From assembly GCA_904419725.1 (NCBI GenBank), contig CAJFSP010000001.1:193814-257813 (forward strand): a DNA stretch of 64,000 bases, in the 5' to 3' direction. The translations under genes were made by a program, and so were the position numbers. Every line of letters starts with the position of its first letter. The first letter of the stretch is position 1. The stretch comes from Candidatus Heteroclostridium caecigallinarum (GTDB lineage Bacteria; Bacillota; Clostridia; Christensenellales; CAG-314). This document shows positions 1-10,703 of the stretch, piece by piece. Below the pieces are notes generated by a model. That model worked only from the letters and a program-made list of their open reading frames with translations. It was not told where the DNA came from and ran no database searches.

Positions 1-185
1 TGCTTTCCGCCTTGATTACAGCGAAAATCAGAGATTCGTCGACGCCGTACCTGACGCCGGCGGCGGAGACGGTTTCTTTAAGCGAAAGGTCAAACCAGAA
101 AAATCTCTGCCATGACAACCCGATTAAACACAAAACCGCGACAATAAGGATAAAAATCGCCGCGGTTTTTTTGCTTTTTGTGTGT

Positions 186-776
186 TCAGACAATTTTCAA
201 CTCCGTAAGACGGGCTTTGACCTGCGCGCGCAGGTCGTCCAAAGTGCCGTCGTTTTTTATAATAGTATGCGCAAACGGCGCTTTTTTTTCGTCCGGAAGT
301 TGATTTTTTATTCTGTCCGCCACCTGCCGTCCGTCTATGCCGTCACGGGCGGACACTCTTGCCGCCCTCGTTTTTTTGTCGGCGGTGACAAGCCAGATTT
401 CGTCAAAGTCGTTTTGCCGCCCCGTTTCGAAGAGCAGCGGTATCTGCACAAACGCCACGTCTTTGCCGCAACCGTCCAGAATTTCTTTCAGTCTGCCGAA
501 AATAAGCGGGTGCGTGATGGCGTTGAGCCGGGCCACTCTTTGGCCGTCGCGGAAGACATACGCCCCGAGTTTTTTGAAATCCAGGCCGCCGTCCGTCATA
601 AAACCGCCGCCGAAGGCGTCGGACACTCTTTCCGCCGTGCCCCTGTCTTTGTAAATCTGTTTCGTTATGGCGTCGCAGTCCACGACAAAACAGCCGTATT
701 CTTCCAGAATCGCCGCCACCGCGCTTTTTCCGCTGCCTATGCCGCCTGTCAGCGCTATTACTTTATTTGGCCTCAT
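186..776 (-). CDS. coaE: dephospho-CoA kinase
   Basis: 196-aa ORF with the N-terminal P-loop ALTGGIGSGKS and CoaE length and layout. Its start overlaps the polA stop by 14 nt, which suggests coupling. Confidence 0.9.
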   Translation of the reverse strand: MRPNKVIALTGGIGSGKSAVAAILEEYGCFVVDCDAITKQIYKDRGTAERVSDAFGGGFMTDGGLDFKKLGAYVFRDGQRVARLNAITHPLIFGRLKEILDGCGKDVAFVQIPLLFETGRQNDFDEIWLVTADKKTRAARVSARDGIDGRQVADRIKNQLPDEKKAPFAHTIIKNDGTLDDLRAQVKARLTELKIV

Positions 777-3291
777 AGAGATTTTTCCCGCTTGAGATAT
801 TGATTTCCATTTTTACTTTAAGGTCGAAGCAATCGGACATCTGCTCCTGCAAAATTCGCTTTACTTCCTCTTCTTCTTCCTTTTTTACGTCCAGAACAAG
901 TTCGTCGTGAATCTGAAGAATGATTTTGCTGGTCATGCCGCGGGCTTTGAGTTCTCTCGCGACGTTAATCATCGCGACTTTGATTATGTCGGCGGCGCTG
1001 CCCTGCAACGGCATATTCATTGCCGCCCTTTCCCCGAAAGTACGCAGCTGGTAATTCGACGACGAAATTTCGGGAATCTGTCTGCGTCTGCCCGTGACGG
1101 TGACCACATAGCCGTGCTGTTTCGCGAAATCGACGCTGCTTTGCAGGTACTGCCTGATTTTCGGATAGCCGTTGAAATATCTGGCGATGTACTGCTTCGC
1201 CTGCGCCGCGCTCGTGCCCAGATTCTGCGCCAGGCCGTATTCGCTTATGCCGTAAATAATGCCGAAATTGACGGCTTTCGCCATACGGCGCATATTGGGC
1301 GTTACGAGTTCCTGCGGGATGCCGAAAATTTCCTGCGCCACCATCGAATGTATGTCCTGACGGTTGTTGAACGCCGCTATGAGATTTTCATCGCCTGAAA
1401 AATGCGCCAGCAGCCTGAGTTCTATCTGGCTGTAATCGGCGGAAACAAGCGTGTCGAGCGTCGGTATAAACATTTTGCGGATTTCTTTTCCGTCGTCTTC
1501 CCTGACGGGCAGATTCTGCAAATTCGGTTCGCTGCTGCTGAGCCTGCCCGTTGACGTCAGGGTCTGGTTGAAGGTTGTGTGAATCATATGGTCGGCGGTA
1601 ATCAGCGGACGGAAACCTTCGATATAAGTACCCAGGAGTTTTGATATCTTGCGTATGGAGCGCACCACGTTGACAATCGGGTGCGCGCCGCTCAGTTTTT
1701 CGAGAACCTCGTTTTCGGTGGAATAGCCAGTTTTTGTCTTTTTGCCCGCGGGCAGACCGAGTTTTTCGAAAAGCACGGCGCCGAGTTGTTTCGGACTGAG
1801 AATGTTGAACTTTTCGCCCGCGAGACGGTACGCCTCGGCGGTAAGTTCTTCCATTTCCTTTTTGTATTTCGCGCCGAGTTCTTCCATGACGGCGACGTCC
1901 ACCTTGAAACCGCTGCGCTCCATTTCGAAAAGCAACAGCGAAAGCGGCAGTTCGATTTCTTCATACAGGCGCAAAGTGCTGTTTTCTTCGAGTTTGCCGC
2001 GCAGGATTTCAGCCAGCGTCAGCAGCGCCGCCGACTCCGATTTGAGATTATACGCCTGTTTGAGCTGCGGATAACTTTTGTACGCCCTGTATTCCACCAG
2101 ATACTGCATTATAGCGACGTCGTAAACTATGTTGTTGACCGAAACCCCCGCGTTGTCAAAGCGGTGGCGCAGTTCTTTGCCGTCATAAACAGCTTTTGCC
2201 GTACCGCCTTCCATGAGCGGGCGCATTATTTCAGCCGCGTCGGAAAAAGTAAAACCTTCGCCACAGGTCACCACATACTGGCTGTCTTTGTCGCCGCTGA
2301 GATACAGGTTGTCAAGATAATAAACGCCGACAAGTTCCGACGCCGACAGTTTTTCGACAGCGCGGGCAAGTTCTTCGGCGCAGGTCACCGGCGTGTCGCG
2401 CACGTTTTCTTCGATGTAAGTAATTTCTTCGGCGTTGTCGCTGAGTTCCGCGAGTTTTTTGAACAGACTGCGGAACTCCAGTTTTTCAAAGTCGTCTTTG
2501 ACCGACGCCGGAATCGGTCTGAAAACCATGTCGTCAAGGCAGCAATCGACGTCCACGTCGGTTTTTATTGTCGCCAGCGTTTTGGACAAAAACGCCATGT
2601 CCTTGCCTGCCAGCAGTTTTGCCCCGACGCTGCCTTTTATTTCTCCGATATGCGCGTATACGTTTTCCACCGTGCCGTATTTGTCAAGCAGCGACATGGC
2701 GGTCTTGTCGCCTATGCCCATGACGCCGGGTATATTGTCCGAAGCGTCGCCTTTCAGCGCCTTATACTCGACAATCTGCTGCGGCGTCATGCCGTAAAGC
2801 GTCTTTATGTTGCCGGAATTGACTTCTTCCACTTCGGTTATGCCGCGTTTAGTCAGCAGAACGACGGTGTTTTCATCCACCAACTGCAAAAGATCCCTGT
2901 CCCCCGACACGATAACGGTCGGAAAATCGCATTTTTTGGACAAAGTGCCGATTACGTCGTCGGCTTCCACACCGCCCTGTTCCACTCTTTTTATGCCCAT
3001 TTTGCCGAGCAGGTCGAAAAGCACGGGCATCTGCTGCGCAAGATCGTCTGGCATGCCTTTTCTTGTGGCCTTGTAGTCGGCGTAGAGTTGATGACGGAAG
3101 TTTTTGCCCTTTTTGTCAAAAGCCACGGCAAGATGCGTCGGCCTTATTTCGGTGAGCGCTTTAAGCAAAATGTTTATAAAGCCGAACACCGCGTTGACGT
3201 TTTTGCCCTCATGGTTGTTGAGCGGCGGTATGGCGTAATACGCCCTGTTGAGCAGGCTGTTGCCGTCGATAATGACAGATTTGTAATTCAT
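763..3291 (-). CDS. polA: DNA polymerase I
   Basis: 842-aa ORF with a 5-prime nuclease N-terminus and family-A polymerase motifs DYSQIELRLLAH and LQIHDELVLD in the C-terminal third. Confidence 0.95.
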   Translation of the reverse strand: MNYKSVIIDGNSLLNRAYYAIPPLNNHEGKNVNAVFGFINILLKALTEIRPTHLAVAFDKKGKNFRHQLYADYKATRKGMPDDLAQQMPVLFDLLGKMGIKRVEQGGVEADDVIGTLSKKCDFPTVIVSGDRDLLQLVDENTVVLLTKRGITEVEEVNSGNIKTLYGMTPQQIVEYKALKGDASDNIPGVMGIGDKTAMSLLDKYGTVENVYAHIGEIKGSVGAKLLAGKDMAFLSKTLATIKTDVDVDCCLDDMVFRPIPASVKDDFEKLEFRSLFKKLAELSDNAEEITYIEENVRDTPVTCAEELARAVEKLSASELVGVYYLDNLYLSGDKDSQYVVTCGEGFTFSDAAEIMRPLMEGGTAKAVYDGKELRHRFDNAGVSVNNIVYDVAIMQYLVEYRAYKSYPQLKQAYNLKSESAALLTLAEILRGKLEENSTLRLYEEIELPLSLLLFEMERSGFKVDVAVMEELGAKYKKEMEELTAEAYRLAGEKFNILSPKQLGAVLFEKLGLPAGKKTKTGYSTENEVLEKLSGAHPIVNVVRSIRKISKLLGTYIEGFRPLITADHMIHTTFNQTLTSTGRLSSSEPNLQNLPVREDDGKEIRKMFIPTLDTLVSADYSQIELRLLAHFSGDENLIAAFNNRQDIHSMVAQEIFGIPQELVTPNMRRMAKAVNFGIIYGISEYGLAQNLGTSAAQAKQYIARYFNGYPKIRQYLQSSVDFAKQHGYVVTVTGRRRQIPEISSSNYQLRTFGERAAMNMPLQGSAADIIKVAMINVARELKARGMTSKIILQIHDELVLDVKKEEEEEVKRILQEQMSDCFDLKVKMEINISSGKNLYEAK

Positions 3292-3385
3292 GATTTCACC
3301 TTTTTTACATTATAACCCAAAACGCAGACTTTCACAATAACAAAACCGACCTTTGCCGCCCTCATGTAAATATGCGTCCATTTGT

Positions 3386-3414
3386 TTGCCACGGCGGCGC
3401 CGTTCTGTTAAAAT
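3386..3414 (+). promoter_or_regulatory. candidate sigma-A promoter for mntP (TTGCCA-17 nt-TAAAAT)
   Basis: Hexamers read directly at 3386-3391 and 3409-3414 with a 17-nt spacer, about 43 nt upstream of the ATG. Sequence match only. Confidence 0.35.
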
Positions 3415-3456
3415 ATGTCTGATTTTTCTTCACCGTGAATAATATTTAAAGACGTT

Positions 3457-4014
3457 ATGAATTTATTTGACATAATACTCATAGGAGCGGGACTTGCGAT
3501 GGACGCTTTCGCCGTGTCCACATCCAACGGCATAGTTTCCCGCCCCGACGCGAAAAAAACGCTGCTCATCGCTTTTACTTTCGGATTGTTCCAGGCGGTA
3601 ATGCCGCTTATAGGCTATTTCGCCGGCTCGCTGTTTGCCGACGCCATTCAGGCGTACGACCACTGGATAGCGCTGTTGCTTCTGGCGTTTATCGGCGGAA
3701 AAATGGTTGCCGATTTCTTCTGCAAAAAAGACGAAAAAGCCGAACGCAAGCCGCTCACAGCGAAAACGCTGCTCGTGCAGGCGGTGGCGACAAGCATAGA
3801 CGCCCTTGCCGTCGGCGTAAGTTTTGTCGGCATAACTTTCAACATCTTTCTCGCCGTGGCGGTCATAGGTTTAATCACTTTCGTCCTGTGCGTGGTCGCC
3901 GTAATCATCGGTAAACAATGCGGCGACATTCTGTCCGACAAAGCGACTCTTGTCGGCGGACTGATACTTATCGCGATAGGCCTCAAAATTTTTATCGAAC
4001 ATATAACAATGTAA
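3457..4014 (+). CDS. mntP: manganese efflux pump MntP family
   Basis: 185-aa polytopic membrane protein with the duplicated motif pair GLAMDAFAVS / ATSIDALAVG typical of MntP/YebN. Confidence 0.85.
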   Translation: MNLFDIILIGAGLAMDAFAVSTSNGIVSRPDAKKTLLIAFTFGLFQAVMPLIGYFAGSLFADAIQAYDHWIALLLLAFIGGKMVADFFCKKDEKAERKPLTAKTLLVQAVATSIDALAVGVSFVGITFNIFLAVAVIGLITFVLCVVAVIIGKQCGDILSDKATLVGGLILIAIGLKIFIEHITM

Positions 4015-4045
4015 AAGCACGGCTTTTAGCCGTGCTTTTTGTTTT
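4013..4045. terminator. bidirectional intrinsic terminator
   Basis: Stem GCACGGC / GCCGTGC with loop TTTTA, flanked by an A-run and a T-run. It lies between convergent mntP and the thioesterase gene. Confidence 0.7.
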
Positions 4046-4057
4046 ACTCTGCTGTTT

Positions 4058-4552
4058 TTACGGATTGATTTCCGTCACGCCGTCGTCTATGAGATAGCAC
4101 AGTTCCTCGTGCTCGTCTACCTTTCCGGCGATTTTATCTGTCGGCAGTTTGAGATAGTTTATCCTTGCCTGCGCCAGCGTATTTCCCGATTCGCCTAAAA
4201 TTTCGCAGTCCACCGTCACGAACAAGTCGGTTTCTTTCCTGACCGAACCCCTTGCCGTAAGCCCGACGCCGTAAGGCACGGGTTTTCTGTATTTGACTTC
4301 TATCGACGTGGTGACGCCCCACACTTCCCTGCCGTTTGTCCAGCAGCAGCGCAGACCCATTTCGTCAAGCATGGCGGCAATCATTCCGCCGTGCACCCTG
4401 CCGGGATAACTCTGATGTTCTTCACGGAAGCGGAACAGCGCCCTGACGCTGCCGTCTTCCATGTTGTAAAACTGCGCCTTGACACCGTAAGGGTTGTCCA
4501 TGCCGCAAATAACGCACATTTTGCTGTTCTTCTGCTTGCCGATGACTTTCAT
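4058..4552 (-). CDS. PaaI-family (hotdog fold) thioesterase
   Basis: 164-aa ORF with the motif GRVHGGMIAAMLDE typical of PaaI/4HBT hotdog thioesterases. It lies 35 nt downstream of the aspartate kinase gene. Confidence 0.7.
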   Translation of the reverse strand: MKVIGKQKNSKMCVICGMDNPYGVKAQFYNMEDGSVRALFRFREEHQSYPGRVHGGMIAAMLDEMGLRCCWTNGREVWGVTTSIEVKYRKPVPYGVGLTARGSVRKETDLFVTVDCEILGESGNTLAQARINYLKLPTDKIAGKVDEHEELCYLIDDGVTEINP

Positions 4553-4587
4553 TTGCCTCTCCGCGCGAAAAGGAATTCGCGGCTGTT

Positions 4588-5889
4588 TTACATAAGATTG
4601 TCGTAAATTACTTTTATGGCTTTTTCGTAATCGCAGTTATTTATGCCGAGAATGATATTGAGTTCGTCCGGCCCCTGGTCAATCATTTTCATGTTGACGC
4701 CGTTTTCGCCGAGAACGCTAAGCAGTTTGCCGCACAGACCGCATTTGTGAGCCATGTTTCTGCCCACGACGGCGATGAGCGCGATGTCTTCCCACAGGGT
4801 GACCTCGGCGCCGAGTTCCTGTTTAAGGTCGACAATCAGTTCGTAAAGGCATTTTTCCACCTGGTCTCTCGCCACCACTATGCTGAGATTGTCGATACCG
4901 GTAGGCACATGTTCAATGCTGATGTCGTATTTCTCGAAAATAGACAGGCATTTGCGCAAAAAGCCAACTTCGTTGGACATATGGTCTTTATAAACCGTGA
5001 TTGCCACGAAATTCTTTTTGCCCGCTATACCCGTGATTGCCTGGCTGTTATCCTTGCACTCGTTGCTGATTATGGTGCCGGGGCATTCAGGCTCGTTGGT
5101 GTTGAGAATTTTTATCGGGATATTGAGTTCCTGCACGGGGAATATGCTGTCCTCATGCAGCACGTTGGCGCCCATATAAGACAACTCGCGCAGTTCGTTG
5201 TATGTGATTTCCTTTATGCTCTTAGGATTTTTGACGATTCTCGGGTCGGTGACCATAATGCCCGAAACGTCCGTCCAGTTTTCGTACACGGTGGCGTTTA
5301 CGCATTTTGCCATTATACTGCCCGTGATGTCGGAACCGCCCCTGGAAAACAATTTAATCACGCCGTTGCCGTACGCGCCGTAAAAGCCCGGCACGACGAC
5401 TTTTTTGAGTTGGGCGACCTTTTCTTTGGTCTTTCTGCCCGTCGCGTCGAAATTGACGGTACCGTCGTAATTAAACTCGATGACGTCTTTTGCGTCGAGA
5501 AACTCATAGCCCAGATATCTGCTCATGAGTTTCGCCGCGAGAAACTCGCCCCTGCTGACAAGATAATCCTGCGGAATGTTTTTGTCGAGCTGACCCGCTA
5601 TAAGGTCAAGTTCGTCTTCTATTTTATAATCGAGTTTAAGGTCGTCCCTGACTTCCACGTATCTGTCGTAAATAATTTTCCATACGTCTTCGTAAGGCAC
5701 GGAATATTTGAGATGAGCGTGGAGAATGTACAGCAGGTCGGTTATTTTGCTGTCGTTCGCGTCCCTTTTGCCCAGCGCCGAAACGACGACGATTTTTCTC
5801 ATCGGGTCGGACAGCACTATATCCCTGACTTTTTTAAACTGCTTCGCGCATGACAGCGATGAACCGCCGAATTTCGTAACAACAAACAT
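4588..5889 (-). CDS. lysC: aspartate kinase
   Basis: 433-aa ORF with the amino-acid-kinase N-terminus VTKFGGSSL and C-terminal ACT-like repeats. It is the last biosynthetic gene of the lysA-dap operon. Confidence 0.9.
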   Translation of the reverse strand: MFVVTKFGGSSLSCAKQFKKVRDIVLSDPMRKIVVVSALGKRDANDSKITDLLYILHAHLKYSVPYEDVWKIIYDRYVEVRDDLKLDYKIEDELDLIAGQLDKNIPQDYLVSRGEFLAAKLMSRYLGYEFLDAKDVIEFNYDGTVNFDATGRKTKEKVAQLKKVVVPGFYGAYGNGVIKLFSRGGSDITGSIMAKCVNATVYENWTDVSGIMVTDPRIVKNPKSIKEITYNELRELSYMGANVLHEDSIFPVQELNIPIKILNTNEPECPGTIISNECKDNSQAITGIAGKKNFVAITVYKDHMSNEVGFLRKCLSIFEKYDISIEHVPTGIDNLSIVVARDQVEKCLYELIVDLKQELGAEVTLWEDIALIAVVGRNMAHKCGLCGKLLSVLGENGVNMKMIDQGPDELNIILGINNCDYEKAIKVIYDNLM

Positions 5890-5922
5890 AAAGTATCTTA
5901 CCTTCTTTGGATATTTCGATTT

Positions 5923-6618
5923 TTACAGCACGCGGAGCGCGTCCATAAGTTCCGTCTTGCCGGAAGTTTTGCCGTCTTTCTTTTTGAGGACTCTGGCTGG
6001 TATTCCGCCTACGACAACGCCCTCCGGCACGTCTTCGATGACAACCGCGCCCGCGGCGACCACGGAACCTTTGCCCACGCGCACGCCTTCGATAACGACG
6101 GCGTTGGCGCCGATAACCACGTCGTCCTCAATAACGACGGGCTGGGCGCTTGGCGGTTCTATCACGCCGGCGAGCACCGTGCCCGCGCCGATGTGACAGC
6201 GTTTGCCGACGGTGGCCCTGCCGCCGAGTATGGCGCCCATGTCTATCATGGTGCCCTCGCCTATAACGGCGCCTATGTTGATGACGGCGCCCATCATGAT
6301 GACGGCGTTGTCGCCTATTTCAACCTGGTCGCGGATAATGGCGCCCGGCTCGATGCGCGCGTTGATATTCTTTTTGTCAAGCAACGGAATTGCGCTGTTG
6401 CGGCAGTCGTTTTCGATGACGAAATCTTCAATCCTGTCGGCGTTGCTTTCCAGAACGTCTTTGACCGCGTTCCAGTCGCCGAACACGATTTTGCTCTTTC
6501 CCTCGCCGAAAACTTTGCAGCCGGCGTAGTCAACCGCCTGTTTTTCTTTTACGTACACTTTGACGGGCGTGGTTTTTTTGGAATCTCTTATAAAATTGAT
6601 GATTTGAATCGCGTCCAT
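5923..6618 (-). CDS. dapH: 2,3,4,5-tetrahydropyridine-2,6-dicarboxylate N-acetyltransferase
   Basis: 231-aa ORF with left-handed beta-helix hexapeptide repeats ([22 protein letters not shown]...) and a DapH-type N-terminal domain, in DAP operon context. Confidence 0.88.
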   Translation of the reverse strand: MDAIQIINFIRDSKKTTPVKVYVKEKQAVDYAGCKVFGEGKSKIVFGDWNAVKDVLESNADRIEDFVIENDCRNSAIPLLDKKNINARIEPGAIIRDQVEIGDNAVIMMGAVINIGAVIGEGTMIDMGAILGGRATVGKRCHIGAGTVLAGVIEPPSAQPVVIEDDVVIGANAVVIEGVRVGKGSVVAAGAVVIEDVPEGVVVGGIPARVLKKKDGKTSGKTELMDALRVL

Positions 6619-6632
6619 AATTTTTCCTTTTT

Positions 6633-7343
6633 TCAGTTAAACAAAACGTCTTCCATATTATACAAACCGGCGGGCTTTTTGACAAGCCAATGAGCGCCCC
6701 TGAGCGCGCCTTTGGCAAAAATAGCCTTGGAGTGGGCGTAATGCGTCAGTTCGAGCACTTCGTCGGTACCGGCGTAAATGACCTGATGTTCGCCGACGAT
6801 TGTTCCGCCCCTGACGGCGTGCACGCCGACGTCGCCTTTTTTGCGTTTGCACTGTCCTTCCCTGCCGTAGACGATATTCATGTCGCCGTCGGCGTTGACG
6901 GAATTTATAAGCATTTTGGCGGTGCCGCTCGGAGCGTCGGCCTTTTTGTTGTGATGTTTTTCTATTATTTCTATATCGAAAGTGTCTTTGAGAATAGGCG
7001 TCACTTCCTTTACCAGCCTGTTGAGCAGAATCACGCCGAGCGAATAGTTGCCGGAAAACAGAACCGGCACCTTGGCGGACAGCGCCTTGATTTCATCCAT
7101 CTGCGCGGAAGAATACCCCGTTGTGGCGATGACGGTCGGCACGCCGTTCGCTCCGGCGTAAGCGCATATGCCGTCCAGCGCGGCAGGCTGGGAAAAATCT
7201 ATAATCACATCGGGCTTTTCTTTGATATCGGCAAAGGTCACGCCTTTTTCGGGAGCGACAACGGCAATGATTCGGTCGTCTTCACCAACGTTGTTTTCCA
7301 CAACTTTGCCCATTGCGCCGTAGCCCACAAGAACGATTTTCAT
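6633..7343 (-). CDS. dapB: 4-hydroxy-tetrahydrodipicolinate reductase
   Basis: 236-aa ORF with the Rossmann N-terminus [13 protein letters not shown] and the conserved [15 protein letters not shown] motif of DapB. Confidence 0.9.
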   Translation of the reverse strand: MKIVLVGYGAMGKVVENNVGEDDRIIAVVAPEKGVTFADIKEKPDVIIDFSQPAALDGICAYAGANGVPTVIATTGYSSAQMDEIKALSAKVPVLFSGNYSLGVILLNRLVKEVTPILKDTFDIEIIEKHHNKKADAPSGTAKMLINSVNADGDMNIVYGREGQCKRKKGDVGVHAVRGGTIVGEHQVIYAGTDEVLELTHYAHSKAIFAKGALRGAHWLVKKPAGLYNMEDVLFN

Positions 7344-7407
7344 GTTTGTCTCCTTTATGACACGGGCAGCGTGACCGCTGCCCGTTTGGTTTTATTTTAA
7401 TTTCGCC

Positions 7408-8301
7408 TTATTTTATCTCGGCTTTAAGCCTGTCGATTTCGGCTATGAGTTTTGCCTTAGGACCCGCCGACATTTCGTCAAGCGGCATTCTGCAAGGACC
7501 CACGCCGAAGCCCAGGTAGTTCATCGCCGCCTTTACAGGTATCGGGTTGGTTTCGAGGAACAGGTCGTTGATGAGGTCGAGATATCTCGTCTGCAATTTT
7601 CTGGCGCTCTCGACATCGCCGTTCAGATAGTCCATAACAAGTTTATGGCTGGTCTGCGGCATAATGTTTGCCCACACGGAAATGACGCCGATGCCGCCCA
7701 TCGACAGCGTAGGCACTATCATGTCGTCGTTGCCCGAATACATCACAAAGTCGTCGCTGAGATATTTCGCCACTTTGCACAGATATCCGATGTTGCCGCT
7801 TGCTTCTTTAATCGCCCTGATATTAGGATGTTTGCACAGCGCCGCAACGGCTTCTTCGCTGATGGAGCAGCCCGTTCTGCCAGGCACGTTGTACATAATG
7901 ACAGGCACGGCGGACGCGTCGGCGCACGCCTCGAAATGCTTGATCATGCCGCTGGTGTTTGTTCTGTTGTAATACGGCGTGATGACGAGAATGGCGTCGA
8001 CACCGGTTCTGGAATAAGCGTGGCTGCGTTCGATGGCGGTGCGCGAGCAGTTGGAACCGCTGCCGGCAATCATATAAATTCTGCCGTCGGCCTTTTTGAC
8101 GCTGTATTCCAGCATTTTTTCTTCTTCTTCGAAAGTCAGTGTAGGCGATTCGCCGGTGGTGCCCAGAAGCACGATACCGTCGGTTTTGTTTGCCACATGA
8201 TATTCGATAAGTTCACCGAGTTTATCGTAGTTTACGCTGCCGTCCTGATTGAAAGGAGTGACCAACGCGACTATTGAACCCTTTACCATTTCTTTTGCCA
8301 T
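7408..8301 (-). CDS. dapA: 4-hydroxy-tetrahydrodipicolinate synthase
   Basis: 297-aa ORF with DapA motifs GTTGESPTL and the AIKEASG active-site lysine region. Confidence 0.95.
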   Translation of the reverse strand: MAKEMVKGSIVALVTPFNQDGSVNYDKLGELIEYHVANKTDGIVLLGTTGESPTLTFEEEEKMLEYSVKKADGRIYMIAGSGSNCSRTAIERSHAYSRTGVDAILVITPYYNRTNTSGMIKHFEACADASAVPVIMYNVPGRTGCSISEEAVAALCKHPNIRAIKEASGNIGYLCKVAKYLSDDFVMYSGNDDMIVPTLSMGGIGVISVWANIMPQTSHKLVMDYLNGDVESARKLQTRYLDLINDLFLETNPIPVKAAMNYLGFGVGPCRMPLDEMSAGPKAKLIAEIDRLKAEIK

Positions 8302-8304
8302 AAA

Positions 8305-9105
8305 TCATACCTCCGTTTCCCCTTCAAAGACGAAACTCGCCGGCCCCGTCATGAAGATGTTTTTGTCTTTTTTTTCTATTTTCAACGTGCCGTATTTCAG
8401 CCGCACGTTTACATAGTCTCCGCAAAACCCGTTTGCACGCCCCGCCACGAACGCGGCGCAGGCGCCCGTTCCGCAGGCGCATGTCCAACCGACGCCCCTT
8501 TCGTATGTAACGACGTCAAACGTTTTGTCGTCGACAACCTTCACGAAATTGACGTTGGTCTTTTCGGTGAACAGGCTGTGGTTGCATATCGCGTCGGCGT
8601 ATTCCGTGCTCACCGACCCGACGGAATCAACGAAAATCACGGTGTGCACCGTCCCCATGAAAAAAGAATATATTTTGGCGGTGACGCCGAGCGCCGAAAT
8701 TTCCCTGCCGAAACAGTTTTCATCGTCGGCGGCAGCAATCGCCTTGTTATCAAAAACCGGCGAACCCATGTCGACGCGCACGGAAAAGTCCCGCCTGTCG
8801 GTTATTTTTATTTTCATGACGCCGGCCAAAGTGTTTACGTCGAACTCGTCGGAATCAACGATATTTTTACGCGCGCAGTACGCAGCGAAACATCTTATGC
8901 CGTTGCCGCACATCGGCGCGCGGGAGCCGTCCATGTTGTAAAACACCATTTCCAGCGGGTTTTGCCTTACGGCGATAAACCCGTCGGCGCCTATGCCGGT
9001 CTTTCTGTCGCACCACTTTTGCGCCATGGCTGAATAATCGACCCCGTCGGCGTAATCGGTAATGATAAAATCGTTGCCGCAGCCGTGATATTTACAAAAC
9101 CTCAT
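8305..9105 (-). CDS. dapF: diaminopimelate epimerase
   Basis: 266-aa ORF. It starts with the KYHGCGNDF motif and carries both catalytic Cys contexts (MCGNG and ACGTGA). Confidence 0.9.
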   Translation of the reverse strand: MRFCKYHGCGNDFIITDYADGVDYSAMAQKWCDRKTGIGADGFIAVRQNPLEMVFYNMDGSRAPMCGNGIRCFAAYCARKNIVDSDEFDVNTLAGVMKIKITDRRDFSVRVDMGSPVFDNKAIAAADDENCFGREISALGVTAKIYSFFMGTVHTVIFVDSVGSVSTEYADAICNHSLFTEKTNVNFVKVVDDKTFDVVTYERGVGWTCACGTGACAAFVAGRANGFCGDYVNVRLKYGTLKIEKKDKNIFMTGPASFVFEGETEV

Positions 9106-10348
9106 AACCGCTGTCCTCCGTGTCGCAGGCGGCGAGGTCGGCGTAAGTCTGCCGTCTGACGACCTGCCTTGCCATGCCGTCTTTCACAAAAACCACAGCG
9201 GGCACGCACGCTTTGTTGTAATTGCTTGACATCGAATAGCCGTAAGCCCCCGTTGTATATACGACCAGCCTGTCGCCGCTTTCAGCTTCGGGCAGCATTA
9301 TGTCTTCTATAAGCAAATCTCCCGACTCGCAGCACTTGCCGGCTACGGTGACCTTGACGGTCTTTTCGGCGGATTCTTTGCCGACAACGTCGCAATCGTA
9401 TTTTGCCTGATAGAGCGCCGGCCTGATATTGTCGGTCATGCCGCCGTCCACAAAATAAAAAGTCTTTGTAGGGATATGTTTTACAAACCCCACGGTATAA
9501 ACCGTGCTGCCGGCCTCGCCCGCTATCGAGCGGCCCGGCTCTATGAGCAGTTCCTTGATTTTCACGCCGGCGTTGTCAAGAGCGTTTTCGACATAAGAAA
9601 CCATATCCCGGCACAGCGCAGGAGTCGCGGCGGGAGTGTCGTCTGCCGTATATCTTACGCCGAAGCCGCCGCCCATATTCAGCGTCAGCGGACGGGTAAA
9701 CTGTTTCAGCACCGCCGCCATTTTTTCCGCAGCCAGTTTATACGCCGCCGTGTCGAAAACCTGCGAGCCGATGTGACAGTGCAACCCGTCAAACTCCACG
9801 TTGCCGCTTTGTCTTGCCAGGGCGACGCAGTTTCTGAATTCTTCCGACGCAGGCATCATGCCGAATTTCGACTCGAACAACGTGGTGGAAATGTATTTGT
9901 GGGTATGCGCGTCCACGCCTATGTTGAGACGGAACAGCGCTTTGACTTTTTTGCCGCTTTCTTTCGCCAGTTTTTCAAGCAAAGTCAGTTCGCCGAAATT
10001 GTCGACAATCACCGTGCCGACGCCGAGGCGCAAGGCGTATTCAAGTTCGGCGCGGCTCTTGTTGTTGCCGTGGAAATACACTTTGGACATATCAAAGCCC
10101 ACCCGCTCGGCGACGTGCAGTTCGCCGCCGCTCACGACGTCGAGACACAGCCCCTCTTCTTTAACAAGCCTTATCATCGCGTCACAGGAAAACGCCTTTG
10201 AAGCGTAAAGCACTTTTGTGGCGAATCTGTCTGATTTGAAATTGTCTTTGTAAGCGCGGATTTTGTCCGTCATGCCGTTTACGTCGTAAACGTAAAGCGG
10301 TGTGCCGAATTTGTCCGCCAGTTTGCCGAAATCAATCTTTTGTTTCAT
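9092..10348 (-). CDS. lysA: diaminopimelate decarboxylase
   Basis: Fold-III PLP decarboxylase (FGTPLYVYD, CESGD). The start is moved to the ATG at 10348 (MKQKIDFGK), preceded by AGGGA. The 9 upstream codons in the ORF track overlap the riboswitch terminator. Confidence 0.93.
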   Translation of the reverse strand: MKQKIDFGKLADKFGTPLYVYDVNGMTDKIRAYKDNFKSDRFATKVLYASKAFSCDAMIRLVKEEGLCLDVVSGGELHVAERVGFDMSKVYFHGNNKSRAELEYALRLGVGTVIVDNFGELTLLEKLAKESGKKVKALFRLNIGVDAHTHKYISTTLFESKFGMMPASEEFRNCVALARQSGNVEFDGLHCHIGSQVFDTAAYKLAAEKMAAVLKQFTRPLTLNMGGGFGVRYTADDTPAATPALCRDMVSYVENALDNAGVKIKELLIEPGRSIAGEAGSTVYTVGFVKHIPTKTFYFVDGGMTDNIRPALYQAKYDCDVVGKESAEKTVKVTVAGKCCESGDLLIEDIMLPEAESGDRLVVYTTGAYGYSMSSNYNKACVPAVVFVKDGMARQVVRRQTYADLAACDTEDSGYEVL

Positions 10349-10357
10349 GTTCCCTGA

Positions 10358-10572
10358 AAAAAACGCCCGAACCATAAAGGACGGGCGCGTATAACAATAT
10401 TATTTCTCAAAACCAATAGCGCCTCTACCTTACGGTAGGAGTGTCATGGGTGTTTCCCATAACCCCACGGAAAAAATCTGCCGACCTTTCCGTTCGGCGG
10501 TGATTGCCTTTCGCCTGCTTCGCTGACTGCCGTCTCGACAGGTTAATCTTCCGCACCGCTGCCTCTATCATA
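10358..10572 (-). promoter_or_regulatory. lysine riboswitch (L-box) with intrinsic terminator
   Basis: The minus strand reads ATAGAGGCAGCG ... GAAAGGCAATCACCGCCGAACGG ... GGTAGAGGCGCTAT. This matches the P1 5-prime AUAGAGG, the GAAAGG..GCCGAAG core and the 3-prime P1 CUAU of the B. subtilis lysC L-box as I recall it. It is followed by stem CGCCCG/CGGGCG and T7, directly before the lysA RBS. Confidence 0.7.
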
Positions 10573-10703
10573 TTAAATTACAGACATTATATGCCAAAAC
10601 TCCGGAATTGTAAACAATAAACGGCAAATTCGTGGCAAATTATTTTATTTTGCCGCGGTTTATGCTATAATCTGCTTGTTTCAATATACGAGGTAATACG
10701 GAA

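Noticed and set aside
1681-3315. 544-aa plus-strand ORF, plus several 90-160-aa ORFs, across the polA region
   Set aside because: They are antisense shadows of polA in GC-rich DNA. Their composition is dominated by R/F/V/A, they have no recognisable motifs and no RBS, and polA on the other strand carries unambiguous family-A motifs.
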